Shown: positions 60,277-64,000 of the stretch, piece by piece
Layout: the number at the start of each line of letters is the position of its first letter
Position numbering within the stretch: the first letter of the stretch is position 1
NCBI GenBank assembly: GCA_050288105.1
Contig: JBNKDE010000013.1
Coordinates: 3,519 to 67,518 of the forward strand
DNA length: 64,000 bases
From: Gammaproteobacteria bacterium
Lineage (GTDB): Bacteria; Pseudomonadota; Gammaproteobacteria; GCA-001735895
Direction of reading: 5' to 3'
The notes under the pieces: generated by a model
Databases searched by the model: none
Told to the model about the DNA's origin: nothing
The model's input: the letters and a program-made list of their open reading frames with translations, nothing else
Program-made: the position numbers and the translations under genes

Positions 60277-62250
60277 TCATTCGGCTAGCGGATGCAATCC
60301 AAAACCCATCTGTTCCAGTTCAGCGCGCGCTTCCGGTTCTTTCAACAGGGCGATAAAGCGCTGTATCTGCGCACTGTCCCAGCGTGATTCGGGGACAGCA
60401 AAATCATAGTGCTCCTGCTGCATAGGTATAAAGGACAGGCCATACATATTGGCTACCGTATCTATCGCAACCCCCCAGTCGGCACGACCCTGTGCTACTG
60501 CAGTGGCCACTGCGTTATGGGATTTGGTTTGCACGGCATATCCCGCCGGCTGAGCGCCATTTAATAACTGATCGATTAATACACGTGTGCCACTGCCTGC
60601 ATTCCGATTGACCATAATGCAATCAGGGTCGGCGAGGGCGGCAGCTACCGCCTGTTGCGGATCACTGGCCTGATTAAAACGCGTATCATCGGGTCTAAAG
60701 ACAAACCCCTGTAGACGCAGGTAACCCGGTATCAGGCGCATGCCGGGTTCCAGATAGGGACGGTTATATTCGCCGCTATCAGGATCCATTAAATGGATAC
60801 CAGCCAGATCGCATTCGCCGCGACGTACCGCAGCCAGGCCACCCTGGCTGCCAACGTGCATGGATTTAGTACTCATTCCCTCGCGCTGCAGCCTGCGCAG
60901 CAGCAGATCCAGGCCGACACAGTGGCTGCCGATACTGACGAGGTCCGCTGGTGCCAGCCTGCGCGATAACAGATGCACGGTGACTGGCGTGCCGGTGGGG
61001 AGTTGCTCGCTGGCAGCGTCAATCTGTATAAAACCGTCGGCTTTACTGAAGGCTGTCACTGCACCAGAGTTCTTGCCCATAGGATAAGCTGCGTATCCCT
61101 GCTTGCTGCGCATGAGTCCGACCATCAGGTATTCGGTACGCCCACGCTCCGAGCTGACACGAACCGCAAGTTCAGCGCTGACCTGCTCCTGCGCTTCTTC
61201 TGGCATACCGGCCATGATACGCAACATGGGCGCGACAAACTGTTGAAAGGTGAAGATGGCAGAAGTTGGGAAGCCGGGTAGAATGACTACAGGTTTGTGA
61301 TCAGTAACCGCCAGGCACAGGGGTTTACCGGGCTTTATCGCGACTCCGTGTACCACGATGCCGGGGTCGGAGAGTGCGCTGACTACTTCGTAAGTCAAGT
61401 CACCAGCTCCCTTTGAGGTGCCGCCTGAAAGGATTACTGCGTCGGCCTCCAGGCCTTGTTGCAGGATCTGCTGTTGTGCTTCCAGTACATCGGGTACTGC
61501 GCCCAGGCGGATGGCTTCACAGCCCAGCTCTTCTACCGTTGCCGCCACAATGGCCTGGTTGCTGTCATATACCCCGCCCTTGATCATGGGTTTTCCGGGT
61601 TGCACCAGTTCATCGCCGGTAGAGATGATGGCGACCCGAGGTTTGCGATAAACCATAACCTGATCGAGGCCAATCGCTGCAAGTTGGCCGATATCGCGTG
61701 AGGTTAACAGTTGGCCGCTGCGCAGTACCGTTTCACCACGTCCGATATCTGTACCAGCAAAGGTGATGAAAGCGCCTGCAGGTATGGCTTTTTCAATTTT
61801 TACCCATTGTTTGCCATCTGCTTCGACTAGCTCCGTGTTCTCAACCAGCATGACCGCGTCAGCACCGCGCGGTAACATGCCCCCGGTTGCGATGACACTG
61901 GCACAACCGTTTTGTACGGTTAGTTGAGGTGGGCGTCCGGGGGTAATGATTTCATCGCTGAGCTCGAGTAACAGCGGTGTTTCCTCGTTCGCACCCAGTG
62001 TATCGAGGGCGCGTAGTGCAAATCCATCTACATTGGAGCGGTCAAAACCGGGTACGTCTACCGGCGATTCGATATCCGCTGCAAGCACCCGACCCAGAGC
62101 CCGTTCCAGCGCTACCTGTTCCGTGCCCAGCGGTGCTGGTTGTAACGCGGCGCGAAATCGCTGTATTGCTTCATCAGCGCTGGCAACATCCAGAAACTGG
62201 CGCTGACTGGCGGCTTTACGTCGCGACATCATATCTTTTACATCAGTCAT
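60277..62250 (-). CDS. moeA: Molybdopterin metal-insertase MoeA fused to a C-terminal periplasmic-binding-protein-like domain
   Basis: VPGFDRS.VDGFA, STGDEL, SGGTSKG.GD, KPGKP, LPGFP; C-terminal GSH, GS.GGL, NRN.GSGTR, E.YDF. Confidence 0.9.
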   Translation of the reverse strand: MTDVKDMMSRRKAASQRQFLDVASADEAIQRFRAALQPAPLGTEQVALERALGRVLAADIESPVDVPGFDRSNVDGFALRALDTLGANEETPLLLELSDEIITPGRPPQLTVQNGCASVIATGGMLPRGADAVMLVENTELVEADGKQWVKIEKAIPAGAFITFAGTDIGRGETVLRSGQLLTSRDIGQLAAIGLDQVMVYRKPRVAIISTGDELVQPGKPMIKGGVYDSNQAIVAATVEELGCEAIRLGAVPDVLEAQQQILQQGLEADAVILSGGTSKGAGDLTYEVVSALSDPGIVVHGVAIKPGKPLCLAVTDHKPVVILPGFPTSAIFTFQQFVAPMLRIMAGMPEEAQEQVSAELAVRVSSERGRTEYLMVGLMRSKQGYAAYPMGKNSGAVTAFSKADGFIQIDAASEQLPTGTPVTVHLLSRRLAPADLVSIGSHCVGLDLLLRRLQREGMSTKSMHVGSQGGLAAVRRGECDLAGIHLMDPDSGEYNRPYLEPGMRLIPGYLRLQGFVFRPDDTRFNQASDPQQAVAAALADPDCIMVNRNAGSGTRVLIDQLLNGAQPAGYAVQTKSHNAVATAVAQGRADWGVAIDTVANMYGLSFIPMQQEHYDFAVPESRWDSAQIQRFIALLKEPEARAELEQMGFGLHPLAE

Positions 62251-62283
62251 ATTGGGGCTCTCTATGGCATTTATTATTAGTGT

Positions 62284-63435
62284 TTACTCGTCATATAAAT
62301 ACACCTCTACCTCGCTACCTTCGGCGTAGCCTTCGCTGTTTTCGGGCAGGAGCACAAATCCGTCTGCGCGCACGCTGCTGGAAAGCAGACGGTCATCGGC
62401 GACTGCCAGCGGTTCCGCAAACGATTGCTGGATACGCATGCGCGCCAGTTCCAGCTGGCCGATACGCGACACCAGTTTACGTGACAGGGTAAATGTTTTG
62501 CGGGTATAGGGTAGCGGATCTCGTTTTTCTGCCATGCGCCGTAGCAGGCGTGCGGCTATCAGGTCATAGGCGCACAGGCAGGATAGCGGCGAGCCCGGTA
62601 ATATCAGGATCGGTTTGCCTTTAATCTGTCCCATTACGGTCCCGCCACCAGGGTGGATAGTGACACCATCCAGGTCGATCTGACCACAGTCATGCAGTGA
62701 CTTGACGGCAAAGTCGTTATCACCGTAACCGCCACTGCCTACGATAAGGATCAGGTCAGCACCGGATTCACCAAGATGCTGGCTAAGTGACTGCGGGTTA
62801 GATACAGAATACTGCGCAATCAGTTCAGCGCCATCACGTGCGATGAGGTCTGTCAGCATAATGCCGTCGGCTTCATGCGGAAAACTTCCGGCCAGGATCA
62901 GGTGAACCCGTGGTTTGCACCTGACCCTGACCTGGGTAATCCCCGCTAGCGCCAGTCTGGACAGGTCCTGCGGCCTTAGTCGGCGTCCGGCTTCCATTAA
63001 GGACTGCGACTGCGCGCACTCTTCTCCCTGCTGAATGACGCCTTCGCCTGCGGCCACGCTGGCAGAGACGTCGATAAAGTGCTGCCTGGATTCAACCTGC
63101 TGCAGTGATAGCACTGCGTCGGCTGCTGCGGGCAGTGGGTCACCCGTGCATACCCTGACTGCATGACCGGGCAGTAGCGCCTGTCCCATGTCTGCCAGCC
63201 TGAGTGGTAGCGGGTTGTAGTCTCCAGCCCCCAGCGTGTCTGCAGCAATCACCGCATAGCCGTTACGCACACATAGCGCCTGCGCCGGGATATCCGCTTT
63301 AGCAATAAGCGGCTGCGCAAGCAGGTAGCCACCTGCCTGCGCCAGTGCAATGTCAACCGTCTCAGATAGGCGCGGCCATTGATCTATCCAGTCGAAGGCT
63401 TGCCGAGTTGATGCAGGTGAAAAGTAACGATTCAT
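62284..63435 (-). CDS. Divergent MoeA paralog
   Basis: GYAV.A.DT.GA..Y.P, TG.PLP..ADAV, LPG.P, RADGFV..P...EG...G..V.V; several core motifs altered. Confidence 0.82.
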   Translation of the reverse strand: MNRYFSPASTRQAFDWIDQWPRLSETVDIALAQAGGYLLAQPLIAKADIPAQALCVRNGYAVIAADTLGAGDYNPLPLRLADMGQALLPGHAVRVCTGDPLPAAADAVLSLQQVESRQHFIDVSASVAAGEGVIQQGEECAQSQSLMEAGRRLRPQDLSRLALAGITQVRVRCKPRVHLILAGSFPHEADGIMLTDLIARDGAELIAQYSVSNPQSLSQHLGESGADLILIVGSGGYGDNDFAVKSLHDCGQIDLDGVTIHPGGGTVMGQIKGKPILILPGSPLSCLCAYDLIAARLLRRMAEKRDPLPYTRKTFTLSRKLVSRIGQLELARMRIQQSFAEPLAVADDRLLSSSVRADGFVLLPENSEGYAEGSEVEVYLYDE

Positions 63436-63694
63436 AGTGGCGCGACGCTGGTAGTTATTGTGTTTAGATCTAGATTGAGAAAACCGTAACAACAGTTGGC
63501 TGCAAGATCAATCTTTACCGCTTGTCTGGAAATCAGACGAAGTATTTAAGCTGATCAGGTATTTAAAACGCTCTGGATCAATTACAATCCAGCTCCAGCT
63601 TGTTGTCGAGTAAAAGTAGACTATTATAAATGCTTGTAACCAGCTGCACCTTCTTCTCAATGCCCATCAAAAATGAGGCCTTAGATATTTCAAC

Positions 63695-64000
63695 ATGATG
63701 GTTCGATTCTTAGCTCTAGTGATTCTTTCGCTATCGATGCCCTGTATTGCATTGGCGGATGAGCAATTAACACCAGTGTCGTTACAACTTAAATGGAAGC
63801 ATGCATTTCAGTTCGCCGGGTTTTATATCGCAAAGGAGAAGGGGTTTTATAAAAAGGCCGGGCTGGAAGTGGAAATCAGGGAGACGGCGGCGGATACCGA
63901 TCCGGTAGCCGAGGTGATGTCAGGTCGAGCAACCTTTGGTGTCAGTGATTCAGCGCTGGTTGAGAACTGGTTAAATGGGGAGCAGGTGATTGCACTGGCA
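63695..64000 (+). CDS. NMT1/THI5-like substrate-binding domain protein (often the N-terminus of a sensor), truncated by the window end
   Basis: Signal peptide then LQLKW.H.FQFAGFY.A.EKGFY...GLEVEI. Confidence 0.85.
   Translation, partial: MMVRFLALVILSLSMPCIALADEQLTPVSLQLKWKHAFQFAGFYIAKEKGFYKKAGLEVEIRETAADTDPVAEVMSGRATFGVSDSALVENWLNGEQVIALA

Overview
This 64 kb window looks like chromosomal DNA from a gammaproteobacterium-like genome. It holds a split 2-methylcitrate (propionate) locus, prpR-acnD-prpF and aceK-rraA-prpE-prpB-prpC. Between the two halves lies about 13 kb of accessory DNA: a GST/tautomerase/LysR module, creBCD, a small integrase-less integron cassette array with two well-formed attC sites, and a duplicated prpC 3' end. 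Further along are (i) a two-gene unit encoding a permuted papain-like His...Cys protein and an HDAC11-like deacylase, (ii) a sigma54-driven cyanase + ABC transporter + GAF-AAA regulator cluster extended by an unexplained redox operon (OsmC-like protein, acyl-CoA-dehydrogenase-fold flavoprotein, DUF302, rubredoxin-reductase fusion), (iii) a Panacea antitoxin with a membrane-protein partner, and (iv) assorted metabolic genes and two MoeA paralogs. Intergenic DNA is rich in several unrelated structured repeat families, some nested inside each other, plus one clean MITE with terminal inverted repeats and a target duplication. I found no rRNA, tRNA or CRISPR array. All family calls come from motif recognition by eye; no database search was run.
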